Below are positions 1-10,532 of a DNA stretch of 64,000 nt, piece after piece; positions within the stretch are counted from its first letter, which is position 1, and every line of letters begins with the position of its first letter. The stretch is from Pseudomonadota bacterium (GTDB lineage: Bacteria > Bdellovibrionota_B > Oligoflexia > Oligoflexales > CAIYRB01): positions 16,821 through 80,820 of the forward strand of contig JANOTL010000040.1 of the NCBI GenBank assembly GCA_031416315.1, given 5' to 3'. Position numbers and translations under genes: made by a program. The notes beneath the pieces were generated by a model. That model saw only the letters and a list, made by a program, of their open reading frames with translations. It had not been told where the DNA came from and did not search any database.

Positions 1-371
1 TCGTAGGTCGTGAGCGAGGCGCAGTCGTTCGTACGCTCAGTGCCCCAGGTCGGCTGCACGGTGAGCGTCTCGAGGATATCGCCGGTCGAATCGAGCGGGA
101 AGGCGACCGAGAAGGCGACGTCGTCACGCTGCTCGTCGAGGACGAGGCGCCACACGCCCTCTTGCGCCGGCGCCAGCCAAACTTGCGCGTCGTCGCCTTC
201 GAAGCCCCAGGTGGTGGCGAAGTTGATGGCGTAGCTCGTCTGGTTGACGAGGCAAACGGAGGCGACCGCCTCCTCGCCCAAGATCTGTTGCGTCACTTGC
301 GGCGCAGCGATCGACGGCGTGGCGAAGAGTCCGAAAACGGCACCGGCGAGAGCTAGAAATTGAGTGCGCAT
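1..371 (-). CDS. Secreted hypothetical protein, runs off the window start
   Basis: Manual translation MRTQFLALAGAVFGLFATPSIAAPQ... is open to position 1; signal-peptide-like N-terminus; AAGGAG RBS upstream. Confidence 0.75.
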   Translation of the reverse strand, partial: MRTQFLALAGAVFGLFATPSIAAPQVTQQILGEEAVASVCLVNQTSYAINFATTWGFEGDDAQVWLAPAQEGVWRLVLDEQRDDVAFSVAFPLDSTGDILETLTVQPTWGTERTNDCASLTTY

Positions 372-420
372 GGATGGGGTCTCCTTAGGTTGCGTTCATG
401 CTACAGCCCACTGAATCGAC

Positions 421-472
421 AGCGAAATATGATTTCGCTCAAAGTTGCGGGAGAACTTCAGCGTCACTGAAG
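421..472. promoter_or_regulatory. Two operator-like inverted repeats upstream of the first gene
   Basis: AGCGAAAT-atg-ATTTCGCT (421-439) and CTTCAG-cgtca-CTGAAG (456-472) in an intergenic region. Confidence 0.35.
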
Positions 473-599
473 GGCATGTGTATTGCAAAGGAGACGGCGC
501 AGCCATTTCGCGGTCTGAAAAAGACACCCGCTGAGGCGCGCCTCATTTTCTACGAAGACGTCCGCTCTACGAAATGCCGCGTCTCTGCGGCCAGCTCCG

Positions 600-779
600 T
601 CAGAACCTCTGCCTCCCTGCATTCATGTAGGGGAACTGATAACGGTACGTGCCGATACCTTCGGCCTGCAGCGCTTGCGCCAAGGCCGTCATCGCTGGAT
701 GCATCATGCCAGCACCGGCACCATGTGCGAGCACGAGGAGAGCCTTGGCCCGCGGCGGGACCTCGACTAGGACGCTCAT
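600..779 (-). pseudogene. Truncated alpha/beta-hydrolase (59-aa N-terminal remnant)
   Basis: LVLAHGAGAGM...YRYQFPYM motif; ATG overlaps the gloB stop (ATGA); stops before any GxSxG nucleophile motif. Confidence 0.7.
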
Positions 780-1498
780 CGAAACCCATCCTTCAGCGAT
801 CGCAATTCGCCAAAATGCTGGGCATTGCCGGCACGAAGGAACGGATTGGTGGCGAGCTCCTCGCCGATCGACGAGGGCACGGTCGGCAAGCCTCGCGCGC
901 GCAAAGCCTGGATCTTCGCGCCGCGCTCGCGCAGCGTCGCGTTGTCGCCGTCGACGCTCAAGGCAAAGCGAAGATTCGCCTCGGTGTATTCGTGCGCGCC
1001 GTAAATTTGCGTCGCGGGCGGTAAGGCCATCAGCTTCCCGAGGCTCGTCCACATTTGCTGCGGCGTCCCTTCGAAGAGCCGACCGCAGCCGAGCGCGAAC
1101 AGGACGTCGCCAGAGAACAGCGCCGCCTCCGCGGCGAACCAGTAGGCGATGTGGCCGCGCGTGTGCCCGGGTACGTCGAAAATTTTCGCCTCGGTCGCGC
1201 CGAAGGCGAAGGTGTCGCCCTCGCCGAGCGTCTCGTCGATCAGCGGGATGCGGTCTTGATCGGCGCGCGGGCCGACGACCCTGCAGCCCGTCTCCTTCAC
1301 GAGGCGACGATTGCCGCCCACGTGGTCACCGTGGTGGTGAGTGTTGAGGATGTAGGTCAAGCGCCAGCTGCGACGCGCGAGCTCCGCGAGGACCGGCTCG
1401 GCTTCGGCCGGGTCGACCACGGCGACCAGCCCCTGGCGCGGTTCTCTCAACAGATAGACATAGTTGTCGCTGAGAACGGGGATCTGGACGATGTCCAT
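776..1498 (-). CDS. gloB: Hydroxyacylglutathione hydrolase (glyoxalase II)
   Basis: DNYVYL, THHHGDHVGG, PGHTRGH, GCGRLFEG, AHEYT, TNPFLR motifs; alternative GTG start at 1519. Confidence 0.95.
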   Translation of the reverse strand: MDIVQIPVLSDNYVYLLREPRQGLVAVVDPAEAEPVLAELARRSWRLTYILNTHHHGDHVGGNRRLVKETGCRVVGPRADQDRIPLIDETLGEGDTFAFGATEAKIFDVPGHTRGHIAYWFAAEAALFSGDVLFALGCGRLFEGTPQQMWTSLGKLMALPPATQIYGAHEYTEANLRFALSVDGDNATLRERGAKIQALRARGLPTVPSSIGEELATNPFLRAGNAQHFGELRSLKDGFR

Positions 1499-1515
1499 GG
1501 AGCTGTGCGACACCC

Positions 1516-3684
1516 TCACGCCATCGAGCGCGCAAACGGCAAAGTCCGCACCCGAGTCTTCGTGAGCTTGTAGACCGCATTCGCCACCGCCGGCGCGATC
1601 GGCGGCACGCCCGGCTCGCCGAGGCCGGTGGGGGCGTCGGTGGACGGCACGAATGCGATTTCGACGACCGGCATCTCGCTCATCCGCAGGACCGGAAAAT
1701 CATCGAAGTTCCCCGTGACGACCGCGCCCTTCTCGATCTTGATCTCCTGGTACAGCGCTGCCGAAAGGCCGAAGACGATGGCGCTTTCGACCTGAGATTT
1801 TGCCACCTCGGGATTCACCACCTGACCGCAATGCGCGGCGGCCCAGACCCGGTGCACACGCGGCGTCTTGCCGTCGAGCGAGACCTCGACGACCTGGCCG
1901 ACCACGGTGTTGAAGGATTCGTGCACGGCGAGGCCGAACGCACGGCCCTTTTCCGGCTTCTTCTTCGGCCAACCGGAAATCTTGGCGAGGAGGTCCAGGA
2001 CCGCGACGTGCCGCGGCGACTTCTTCGCCAGCTCGCGACGCATCGTCAAAGGATCTTTGCCGGTCGCCTCGGCGAGCTCGTCCATCATGGTCTCCATGAC
2101 GAACGCGGTGTGCGTGTGCCCGACCGAACGCCACCATAAGGTGGTCATCGGCGAGTCGGCGAGAGTCTGCCGGCAGCGGAAAGGACCGACGTCGTAATGC
2201 GTGCCCGCGATGCCCTCGACCGCGGTGCCTTCGATGCCGTTCTTCACCATCATCGCCTCGAAGGGCGTGCCCTTCATGATGCCCTGGCAAACGACGTGAT
2301 GATCCCATGCGACCAGCTTCTTCTTGTCGAAGCCGAGCGTGACGCGGTGAAAAGCCATCGGCCGGTAGTAGCCGCCGCGCATGTCGTCTTCGCGGCTCCA
2401 CACGACTTTGAGGGGCTTTTTCACTTCTTTGGCGAGCTGGGCCGCGATCACGACGTAGTCGCAGGTCTTGCTGGCGCGGCGGCCGAAGCTTCCGCCGGCA
2501 TAAGTCGTGTTGACCTTCACGGAGGCCGGCGGAATGCCGAGCACCTGCGCCGCAGCGCCTTGGTCGACGCCCGGCATCTGGTGTCCGGACCAGAGCTCGC
2601 AGGTGGTGCCGTCGAAGTTGATCGTGACGTTGAGGGGCTCCATCGAAGCATGCGCCAGGAAAGGCAGCAGGTAGTCCATCGACCTCTTGTCGGTGGCCTT
2701 CGCCATGCTCTCGTCGACCTTGCCCCGCTCCTCGGCGAGCGGCGCGTCGGTCGCCTCGGCGTGCTTCTTGAAATCGGCCTCGATGCTGGCGGTCGAGACG
2801 GCGGATTCGGCCACGTCCCACGTGACTACGAGCGCGTCGCGGCCTTTGCGCGCGGCGTGCGTATTCTTGCCCAGGACAGCGACTCGGTCCGCGAACTTCA
2901 CGACGTCGAGCACGCCGGGGACCGCGCGCGCGGCCTTGTCGTCGACGGCCGTCGCCTTGGCGCCCGCGACGGGCGGATGCGCGACCATCGCGTACATCAT
3001 GCCGGGAAGGCGGACATCCATCGCGAACTGCGCCGTGCCGTTCGACTTCGCCGGAGCGTCGACGCGCGGCATCGATTTCCCGATGAATTTGTAGTCTTTC
3101 GGCGCCTTCAGCTTGACGTCGGTCGGCACGGGGAGCTGGTTCGCCTCGTCGACGAGCTCGCCGTAGCGAAGCTTGCCCTTCGTCTTGTGGACGATGGCGC
3201 CCTTCTCCGCTTTGCACGACTCGGGCTTCACGCCCCAGCGCGCTGCAGCCGCGGACTTCAGCATCTCACGCATCGTCGCGCCGATGCGGCGGTGCTGCTC
3301 CCAGGACGACGCGAGCGCGGTCGAGCCACCGGTCATCTGGATGCCCATGAACGGGTGGTTGTAAACCGGGTTCACCTCGGCGGAGACCGAGCTGATCTTC
3401 GTCCAGTCGCATTCCAGCTCGTCGGCGATCAACTGTGCCATCGACGTGTTCACGCCTTGGCCCATCTCCAGCTTGTTGATGACGATCGTGATCGAATCGT
3501 CCGGCGCGATGCGGACGAAGGCGTTCGGCGGATAAGACTGCGGCGCGGCGCCGCCCTGCGCGAAGGCGCGCTGCATGCCGAACGGAACGTAGTATGCGAG
3601 GACGAGGCCACCCGCGGCGATCGCCGTGGTCTTCAGCAGCTGACGCCGGGAAAGCTCGAGATCTAGCGTCTTTTCCATGGTCAC
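1516..3684 (-). CDS. iorB: Isoquinoline 1-oxidoreductase beta-like molybdopterin subunit (xanthine dehydrogenase family), Tat-exported
   Basis: SRRQLLK Tat motif; EMGQG, TGGS, GGSFGRR, WRSVG, GLGEPGVPP motifs. Confidence 0.9.
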   Translation of the reverse strand: MTMEKTLDLELSRRQLLKTTAIAAGGLVLAYYVPFGMQRAFAQGGAAPQSYPPNAFVRIAPDDSITIVINKLEMGQGVNTSMAQLIADELECDWTKISSVSAEVNPVYNHPFMGIQMTGGSTALASSWEQHRRIGATMREMLKSAAAARWGVKPESCKAEKGAIVHKTKGKLRYGELVDEANQLPVPTDVKLKAPKDYKFIGKSMPRVDAPAKSNGTAQFAMDVRLPGMMYAMVAHPPVAGAKATAVDDKAARAVPGVLDVVKFADRVAVLGKNTHAARKGRDALVVTWDVAESAVSTASIEADFKKHAEATDAPLAEERGKVDESMAKATDKRSMDYLLPFLAHASMEPLNVTINFDGTTCELWSGHQMPGVDQGAAAQVLGIPPASVKVNTTYAGGSFGRRASKTCDYVVIAAQLAKEVKKPLKVVWSREDDMRGGYYRPMAFHRVTLGFDKKKLVAWDHHVVCQGIMKGTPFEAMMVKNGIEGTAVEGIAGTHYDVGPFRCRQTLADSPMTTLWWRSVGHTHTAFVMETMMDELAEATGKDPLTMRRELAKKSPRHVAVLDLLAKISGWPKKKPEKGRAFGLAVHESFNTVVGQVVEVSLDGKTPRVHRVWAAAHCGQVVNPEVAKSQVESAIVFGLSAALYQEIKIEKGAVVTGNFDDFPVLRMSEMPVVEIAFVPSTDAPTGLGEPGVPPIAPAVANAVYKLTKTRVRTLPFARSMA

Positions 3685-3685
3685 C

Positions 3686-4138
3686 TCAGGCGAGCGATTT
3701 GGAGGCTTGTTTGATGGCCGTTCGAATGCGCTGGTAAGTGCCGCAGCGGCAGAGGTTGCCGCTCATCGCCGCGTCGATCTCCGCGTCGGTGGGCTTTTTC
3801 TTCTCGCGCAGGAGCGCCACGGCCGACATGACCTGGCCCGATTGGCAGTACCCGCACTGCGGCACGGCGTTCTCGACCCAGGCTTTCTGGACCGCGATCG
3901 TCGTCTGGTCATTCATGCCTTCGATTGTGGTGATCGCCTTGCCCGCCGCCGCCGAGACGGGGAACGAGCACGAGCGGACGGGCTGGCCGTCGACGTGCAC
4001 GGTGCAAGCGCCGCACAATGCTTTGCCGCAGCCGTACTTCGTGCCGGTCAGGCCGAGCTCGTCGCGCACGACCCAAAGGAGCGGCGTCTCGGGATCCACG
4101 TCGACGGGCATCGCTTTGCCGTTGATCTTCAGCTCCAC
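3686..4138 (-). CDS. iorA: 2Fe-2S subunit of IorAB-type oxidoreductase
   Basis: [31 protein letters not shown]; directly upstream of iorB. Confidence 0.92.
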   Translation of the reverse strand: MELKINGKAMPVDVDPETPLLWVVRDELGLTGTKYGCGKALCGACTVHVDGQPVRSCSFPVSAAAGKAITTIEGMNDQTTIAVQKAWVENAVPQCGYCQSGQVMSAVALLREKKKPTDAEIDAAMSGNLCRCGTYQRIRTAIKQASKSLA

Positions 4139-4184
4139 GGGAACTCCTTTCAGGTCGGGGAAAATTCCTTGCTACAATACACGG

Positions 4185-5306
4185 GTGAGCCGTTCCCTGA
4201 TATCGAGCCTGGTCGCGGTCGCGTGGGGTCACCTGGCGCCGCAATCGATGCTGCGTCCGCGCGAGCCGATCTTCCTGATCAATCGGGACAAAGCCTCGAC
4301 ATACGAGGTTTGCCTGCCGGCGTCGGCGGTAGAAGTGCCCGGATTAGAAGCAGAAGTCGAGGCAGCGGCTCGAGTTTGGGCGCGCGCGGTCGGCCGCGAG
4401 CTGCGGGTGGAGTTTCGGCGCGGCTGCGACAAGGGCGGCGATCTCCTCTTCGCCTTTCGGGCGCTACGCGAGCAGGCCTTGGGCGAGACGGGCTTCAAGC
4501 AGACGACGACCACGACGACGACCGCCAACTCGAAGACCGTCGAGCAAAAAGCGAACGGCCGGTACCTGTACCTGCGCGACTTCGCCAAGGCGCCACTGAA
4601 GGAGAACCCGAAGCTCGCCTGGATCTCGGCCCGTGAGGCGTTCAAGATGAAGGCGGAGCCGACGGCTGACGAAATTTTGGCCCGTCTCGAAGCGCGCGAT
4701 GCGGTGGTCTACTCCCTCGACGACAAAGTCGTACGGCTCATGGTCCTCATTCATGAGTTCGGACATGTGTGGGGTTTGTGCGATCTTTACTCTTCGAACC
4801 AGCGCTGCGACCCGAAGCATGCGACAACCCTAGATGCCGACGGCCGTGGCTCGGCGGTGATGGGGCCGAACGGCCCGCGCCAGCCGCTCTTCCTCGGCGA
4901 CGACGATTTCGCCGGCATCCGCGCCCTGGCCTTGCGCCAAGGGTTCGACGCCGGCTGGAAGACCCCGGTGAAAGTGCTGAAAAAGGCGCAGCCTCCCGCG
5001 AAGCTCCCCGAGGTGGAGGTCTACCAGGCCCAGCTCGCCTCGAAGCCCAAAGGCAAGGTGGTGAAGATCCGCGCGCAGATCGTCACCAACCGGCCGGCGC
5101 GGTTTTGGCTCGAGGCGCGGCTCAAAGGTACGGAAGACTGGCGCCCAGTGTCGAAAGGCCACACCGGCAAGCCGCGTGTCGACGAGCCCCGCCTGAATTA
5201 CACGCTCGAGCTGGAGCAGGATGCGAGCGAGCTCGACTTTCGGGTGAGCCTGGAGGTCCAGACTGCGGGCGGCAAGTGGGCTGCGGCGCGGCACATAGGC
5301 CTTTAG
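4185..5306 (+). CDS. Secreted metzincin-type zinc metalloprotease with C-terminal beta domain
   Basis: [11 protein letters not shown] (HExxHxxGxxD) and SAVMG Met-turn; GTG start at 4185 inferred; poly-Thr tract. Confidence 0.7.
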   Translation: MSRSLISSLVAVAWGHLAPQSMLRPREPIFLINRDKASTYEVCLPASAVEVPGLEAEVEAAARVWARAVGRELRVEFRRGCDKGGDLLFAFRALREQALGETGFKQTTTTTTTANSKTVEQKANGRYLYLRDFAKAPLKENPKLAWISAREAFKMKAEPTADEILARLEARDAVVYSLDDKVVRLMVLIHEFGHVWGLCDLYSSNQRCDPKHATTLDADGRGSAVMGPNGPRQPLFLGDDDFAGIRALALRQGFDAGWKTPVKVLKKAQPPAKLPEVEVYQAQLASKPKGKVVKIRAQIVTNRPARFWLEARLKGTEDWRPVSKGHTGKPRVDEPRLNYTLELEQDASELDFRVSLEVQTAGGKWAAARHIGL

Positions 5307-6655
5307 GACATCAGGACGAGCTCTTCCGACGCCGTCGGATGGATCGCGACCGTCGCGTCGAGGTCAGCCTTCGTCGCGCCCATCTTGATGGCGATCGCGA
5401 GTCCCTGCAGCATCTCGTCCGCGCCGATCCCGAGCAAGTGCGCGCCGACGAGCCGCTCTTCCGCGCCGTGCGTGACGAGCTTCATCACCGTCGGCGTCTT
5501 TCGCGCCGTGAAGGCGTGGTACATGTTGGTGAAGCGCGTGGTGTAGACCTTCACCGCGGCATCGCCGAATCGCTCTCGTGCCTGCCGCTCCGTCAGCCCG
5601 ATGGTGCCGATGGGCGGATGACTGAACACCACCGTCGGCACGTTCGTGTAATCGAGCTTCGCCGCGGTTTTCCCGCCAAAAAGCCGGTCGGCGAGGCGGC
5701 GCCCGGCGGCGATCGCCACCGGCGTGAGGTCGAGGCGCGCGAGCACGTCCCCGACCGCGTGGATGCCGGGCACCTCGGTGTTTTGCCAATCGTCGACGAC
5801 GACCCCGCCCGTCTTCGCGTCGACGCGCACGCCCGCGTGCTCGAGCCCGAGGCCTTCCGTGTTCGGCTTGCGGCCGGTCGCCCAAAGGAGCGCTTCGACT
5901 TCGAGCGCCGCGTGATTCTGCGTCGTGACGCGCAGCGACGTGCCGCGGCGCTCGACCTTAGCGACCTCGGTGTGGGGCATGAACGTCACGCCGGTCTTCG
6001 CCATCTCCTCGGTGAGCGTCACAGACATCAGCTCGTCGAACTCGCGCAAAACGCCGGCGGCGCGCGTCAGGATCGTGACCTTCGAGCCCAGCGCCGTCAG
6101 CACGCCGGCGAGCTCGACGCCGATGTAGCCGCCGCCGACCACCACAATGCTGGCTGGGAGCGCCTCGAGCGCGAAAAAGCCGTTCGAGTCGATGCCGAGC
6201 TCGTTTCCCGGCAGCTGCGGGCGCGTCGGACGGCCGCCGGTCGCGATCAAAATCGCCTTCGCGGTGAGCCGCCGGTCGCCGACCGCCACGGTCCGCGCGT
6301 CCAAAAACCGGGCCCGGCCGAGAATCCGCTCGACCTTCGAGGTTTCGAGCATGCGGGCGTAAATCCCGTTCAAGCGCTGCACGTATGCGTCGCGTGCCGC
6401 CTTCAATGCAAGGAAATCGTGGGCCGGCATCTTTTCGAGCGCGAAGCCATAGTCCTTCGCGTCGTGCAGCATCTCGGCGAGGCTCGCCGCGTTCCACATG
6501 ACTTTCTTCGGCACACAGCCGACGTTGACGCAGGTGCCGCCGAGAGCCGTATCGCTTTCGACGAGCGCGACCTTGGCGCCGTGGGCCGCTGCCCTTCGCG
6601 CCGAGGCGATGCCGCCGCTGCCGCCGCCGATGACGAGGTAATCGTAGGTTTGCAT
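5303..6655 (-). CDS. gor: Glutathione-disulfide reductase
   Basis: GGGSGG FAD motif, [13 protein letters not shown] redox disulfide, [15 protein letters not shown]. Confidence 0.95.
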   Translation of the reverse strand: MQTYDYLVIGGGSGGIASARRAAAHGAKVALVESDTALGGTCVNVGCVPKKVMWNAASLAEMLHDAKDYGFALEKMPAHDFLALKAARDAYVQRLNGIYARMLETSKVERILGRARFLDARTVAVGDRRLTAKAILIATGGRPTRPQLPGNELGIDSNGFFALEALPASIVVVGGGYIGVELAGVLTALGSKVTILTRAAGVLREFDELMSVTLTEEMAKTGVTFMPHTEVAKVERRGTSLRVTTQNHAALEVEALLWATGRKPNTEGLGLEHAGVRVDAKTGGVVVDDWQNTEVPGIHAVGDVLARLDLTPVAIAAGRRLADRLFGGKTAAKLDYTNVPTVVFSHPPIGTIGLTERQARERFGDAAVKVYTTRFTNMYHAFTARKTPTVMKLVTHGAEERLVGAHLLGIGADEMLQGLAIAIKMGATKADLDATVAIHPTASEELVLMS

Positions 6656-6807
6656 GCGGCCCAGTTTGTCACCGATTCCTGGACCATGCGAGAGAGTCCG
6701 AGAAGCTCGGGGCGGAGCGGCCGAGGCGGCGGCCCGGGCTCTGGACGCTCCCTAGATTTCGTCAGGAAAATCAACGTCAATCGCGGTTGACCTGCGGGCG
6801 TCGCCGT

Positions 6808-7416
6808 CTAGGCGCAGGATCCAGGCTGCCGCTGAATCCCGCGATGCTCTCGCGTTCTCGCGACGAACAGGCTGAAGATCTTCAGGAGCGGCGCGCTGAC
6901 GAGGGGGCCGTCGAGCGCTTCCAACGCGTAGGCGATCGCCTCCAAGGTCGCCAATCCCTCGGGGTGCGCCGCCGACCGGCGTCGCAAGCCGTAACGACTC
7001 GCCGGAGACTTCGCCAGGCACACGTCGATCTTCGCCGCGCCGGTTGGCAGCTCCCGTCGCAAGCGCTCCGCCTGCTTCCAGTTGCCGTCGGGAACGATGA
7101 GGCGCACTGGACCGCGCAGGGAAGCGCAAAATGGCCCGTCGAGCGGCTGAGCATGCTCGGCGGGAAACAGGAGGAGATGCGTCGCCGCCGGCGCGACCAC
7201 GGCGCCGAAATCCACTGGAGCGCCTTTGACGCCGACGACATGCATCTCGGAGCCTATCAGACAACGCGCGGCCAGCCCGCCGGTGTTCGTCTTTTTGCGT
7301 AGCTCACGTTGCAGTATCAGAAGGACGAGCTGAATCCGCGTTTCGATGCGCGGCATCGAGCTGCAGAGACATAGACGCGACGGCAACGAGCACTCGGAGC
7401 AGCGGCCCTCACCCAC
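6808..7416 (-). CDS. DTW-domain protein (TapT-like tRNA-uridine aminocarboxypropyltransferase)
   Basis: N-terminal CxxC...CxC, TNTG, DGNWKQA, Y-x-LRR, LATLEAI. Confidence 0.85.
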   Translation of the reverse strand: MGEGRCSECSLPSRLCLCSSMPRIETRIQLVLLILQRELRKKTNTGGLAARCLIGSEMHVVGVKGAPVDFGAVVAPAATHLLLFPAEHAQPLDGPFCASLRGPVRLIVPDGNWKQAERLRRELPTGAAKIDVCLAKSPASRYGLRRRSAAHPEGLATLEAIAYALEALDGPLVSAPLLKIFSLFVARTREHRGIQRQPGSCA

Positions 7417-8137
7417 AGGACTGCTGGGTCTTCTGCAGCTGCCGCGAGCGACGAAGCTCTTTCGCCGCCCGGTGCCGCATGTCGCGGTCGACGTTCACGA
7501 AGCCGAGCTGCTGCTCCACCAGATACCGGAAAACGTCGATCAAAGCGTGATGCGCCGTCGAAGGCGAGGCCTCGGCACGCCGCAGTCGATCGATGACGAG
7601 GAAAATCGACTCGATCGTCGACAGATAGGCCGGATGCGGCTGCTTTCGGATCTGGAAGAAGGAGGCGCGGTCCGGCGTGAAGCGCACCATCGGAATCGCG
7701 CGCACGTTCGGGCTGAGCCGCAGCATCTTCGGCACCTGCGCCCACTTCGCGTCAAGGACCCAGAACGTCAGCGGTCGCGGATCGCACGCGCCGGCCTCGA
7801 GCAGGCCTTCGATCGGCATCGCATCGCGACTCGGATAAAGAATGACGTTGCGCCGCGCGGGCGCCGCGATCAGGGCGTCGACGCGGGCATTGCCGGCGAA
7901 GCTCCGACCGACGATGAGCTCCGAATTTTGTATGGACAGGTGCGCCATGCGCGCGGTCGCGATCGCGTTCCGCGCCTCGTCGTAGTGCTGGAGGATCACG
8001 AAAGACGCCGGCGCGACGAACGGTCGCAGGGCGTGGCAGTAGCACGTCGGCAAGGCCTTTCTGCACTGAGGACAGGTCTCTCGGTGCAAAGGCCCGACCA
8101 ATGCTGCCCGACGTGCTTTGTACTCGGCGACGTTCAT
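7409..8137 (-). CDS. Second DTW-domain protein (DAKW variant)
   Basis: CPQC...CYC, ILQH, ILYPS, LDAKWAQ, IRKQP, LSTIES. Confidence 0.82.
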   Translation of the reverse strand: MNVAEYKARRAALVGPLHRETCPQCRKALPTCYCHALRPFVAPASFVILQHYDEARNAIATARMAHLSIQNSELIVGRSFAGNARVDALIAAPARRNVILYPSRDAMPIEGLLEAGACDPRPLTFWVLDAKWAQVPKMLRLSPNVRAIPMVRFTPDRASFFQIRKQPHPAYLSTIESIFLVIDRLRRAEASPSTAHHALIDVFRYLVEQQLGFVNVDRDMRHRAAKELRRSRQLQKTQQSCG

Positions 8138-8279
8138 AAGGTTTCACTCTAGCAGAAGGAGCAGGAGGGGGCAGCCTCAAGCCATGGCGAGGATTTTTTC
8201 CCGCACCGACCGTCCCTCGATGATTCCGACCACCAAAATGCCGATGGCGCGCTGAAGCAAGGCCTCCGCCTCTGCCGCG

Positions 8280-8861
8280 GTGGCTACGGCGACCTTGTCG
8301 CCGCCAGCGAGCACCTCGGTCAGCCGCTTTTTCATCTCGTGCAGTGCCTCGACACTCGCCGCCGCCGAGCGCGACCTCGCGCAAGCGCTGGTCACTGACG
8401 CCGCTGAGCCGATGGCCTTGATCTACCGCGCGATCGTCTTGGGCACGAGGGCTCAGTGGGCCGCGGCCGAAGCACACCTCGGCATCGCCCGCTCCGCCGC
8501 CGTCCAACGCCGTCTCGAAAGCAACATGCTCGACTTCATCGACCTTTGGATCGGCATCGCCCGCGCGTCCCAAGGACTCGACGCGAGCTTTCCTATCGCT
8601 CCCGGCTCGACGAATCCTGAGTGGACCCAGCGCTTCGGCCGCCTTCTCGCGGGGCGCGCGAGCCTGCAAGAGCTGACGGCGCAGCTAGCGACGATCGCGA
8701 ACGCGCAGCAGCGGCACGAGACCACCGCCGCGCTTCAGTTCTACGCGGGCGTCGAGGCGCGACTTCGCGGTGCCGAGGCGGAAGCTCGCGCCGCGTTTGC
8801 CGCGGCGGCCTCGCTCCGGGCCTACCGGCCGTTCGAGGGCGGGATCGCGGCGTTCTACTGA
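8280..8861 (+). pseudogene. NlpI-like TPR C-terminal region, start unclear or probably truncated
   Basis: Helical TPR-like sequence ending in ALQFYAG...ARAAF...FE; in-frame stop just upstream; no signal peptide. Confidence 0.45.
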
Positions 8862-8909
8862 CTCTCTTCCGCATGCGCCTCGAGGCGCGCCTCGGAGCGA
8901 GAAAAGCGG

Positions 8910-9368
8910 CTATCTCGTCGCTTTTTTCTTCTTCGGAAGCGCCTTCGCGACCTTCTTCGCCGTCTTTTTTGCGACCTTCTTCACGGTTTTTTTTACCGTC
9001 TTCTTCTTCGGCTCCCCAGAATCCAAGGCCTTCACCAGGGTCTTCGGCGCGATCGCGCGGTAACTCTCGTCGATCCAGGCTTTCAGCATCTCGACCGGCA
9101 CGTCATTCCTCGCCTCGAAGCTCGCCGAGATCCAACCCGCCTTACCGAGCCCGTAGCCGGTCGGCTTGCAGAACGGCAGATCGAGCGCCTCATACTTCGA
9201 CTGCGGCAACTTCACGCTCAGCCCGACGGACGCCGTGTCTACGCCCATGAAGATGAAGACCTTCTTCGCGACCTTGACCACCGTCTCGCCCCACGGGTGA
9301 TCGACGAAGGTCCCCGGATACGTCAGCGCATGCGCTTTCAGAGCCTCGAAGGCTTTCTTCCCTTTCAC
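8910..9368 (-). CDS. MmcQ/YjbR family DNA-binding protein with Lys-rich tail
   Basis: DHPWG, KVAKKVF, GYGLGKAGW, WIDESYRAIAPK. Confidence 0.85.
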   Translation of the reverse strand: MKGKKAFEALKAHALTYPGTFVDHPWGETVVKVAKKVFIFMGVDTASVGLSVKLPQSKYEALDLPFCKPTGYGLGKAGWISASFEARNDVPVEMLKAWIDESYRAIAPKTLVKALDSGEPKKKTVKKTVKKVAKKTAKKVAKALPKKKKATR

Positions 9369-9401
9369 GAGCTCTCCCTTAGGTCGTCAAAGAACCGCGC
9401 T

Positions 9402-10202
9402 CTAGGTCCGCTCGAGCACGACGATGTTCTCGCCGAGCGGCGGATTCGGCACGTATTCGCGCACGCGCACCGGGAGCCCGAAGCGGGTGGGCAAGGCCTC
9501 CATGAACTTCGCGAGCGAGTCCTTGTCCCAAACGTGGAAGTGGATGCTCATCTGCGTCTCTTTCACGACCTGCACGCGCTCTTCATGGCCGTTGCCCGGC
9601 TGCCCGAGCTCGACGATCTTCACGTATTCCTCGACGTGGTCGTCGTAGGACCACTTCGGCCCCTCGCGGAAATCGCGCTCCAAATGGTCGAGCGTCGTCA
9701 GCGGCCGGTTCTTGTCGAAGGTGAAATCCTTGTCGGGGACCGCCATGAACAGGCAGCCGCCCTTGCGCACCACCTCGAGATGCCGCTTGATCGTGCCGAC
9801 CGGATCCTGCGCGTGCTCGAGGAAATGGTTGGCGATGATGAAATCCTGGCTGTCCTTCGCGAACTTGTGCAGGCCCTCGCCGTCGTCGGCGACGTCGACG
9901 GTGATCTTCTGGCCTTTCAGCTCCGGGTAAGCTTCGTGGAGCTCGGCGAGCGACATGCGGTCGACGTACATCACCCGCGCGTGCCAGGGCACCGTCAGCG
10001 GTCGGTGCAAGGCGCCGATCTCGATGCCACGGCCCCGCAGATGCCGCTTGGCGACCATAGCCCGCGGATCGTCGTCGAGCATCTTCCGCGCGACCTTGTG
10101 GTTCCGGTGATGCAGCGGGTGCAGGGTGCGATACACGCGGCCGAGGGTCGAATGCGCCCAGCGCGAGAACAGCTGAATTTCCGAGGGCATCGAGTTTTCC
10201 AT
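9402..10202 (-). CDS. Class I SAM-dependent methyltransferase
   Basis: GIEIGALHRP, SQDFIIANHFLEH, AVPDK; start inferred at MENSMP. Confidence 0.8.
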   Translation of the reverse strand: MENSMPSEIQLFSRWAHSTLGRVYRTLHPLHHRNHKVARKMLDDDPRAMVAKRHLRGRGIEIGALHRPLTVPWHARVMYVDRMSLAELHEAYPELKGQKITVDVADDGEGLHKFAKDSQDFIIANHFLEHAQDPVGTIKRHLEVVRKGGCLFMAVPDKDFTFDKNRPLTTLDHLERDFREGPKWSYDDHVEEYVKIVELGQPGNGHEERVQVVKETQMSIHFHVWDKDSLAKFMEALPTRFGLPVRVREYVPNPPLGENIVVLERT

Positions 10203-10532
10203 AGCCCTAGGGCTTACTGGCCGCGAAGGCGGGCGTCCAGCCCAAAAAGGCAGGCCCCGCCACGATCTCTCGCAGCGGGGGAGCAAAAACCAAGCTCCAT
10301 CGAACGGCTGGAAATGGCGGCAGTGCGGGGGATCCGGTCCAAAGAGCAGGAAGGTTGACCGGCACCGGGAAGACTTGGGGTAGGTCCAGTGCCCTACAAG
10401 AGACCCGGCTTCCCCCCGGTCGCCAGGCCCCTCGCAGCTTTCGGCCGAGACCGAAAACCTAAGGCGCACATGCACTGTGGCGCGGGGTTCGTGAAGATTC
10501 AACGGACAACGACTGACTTCCCGGCCGGCTTC

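Noticed and set aside
10270..10420. RNase P or SRP RNA (GAGCAA..CCAA and ACCCGGCTT-like words)
   Set aside because: Lacks the GAGGAAAGTCC core of RNase P and the SRP domain IV motif
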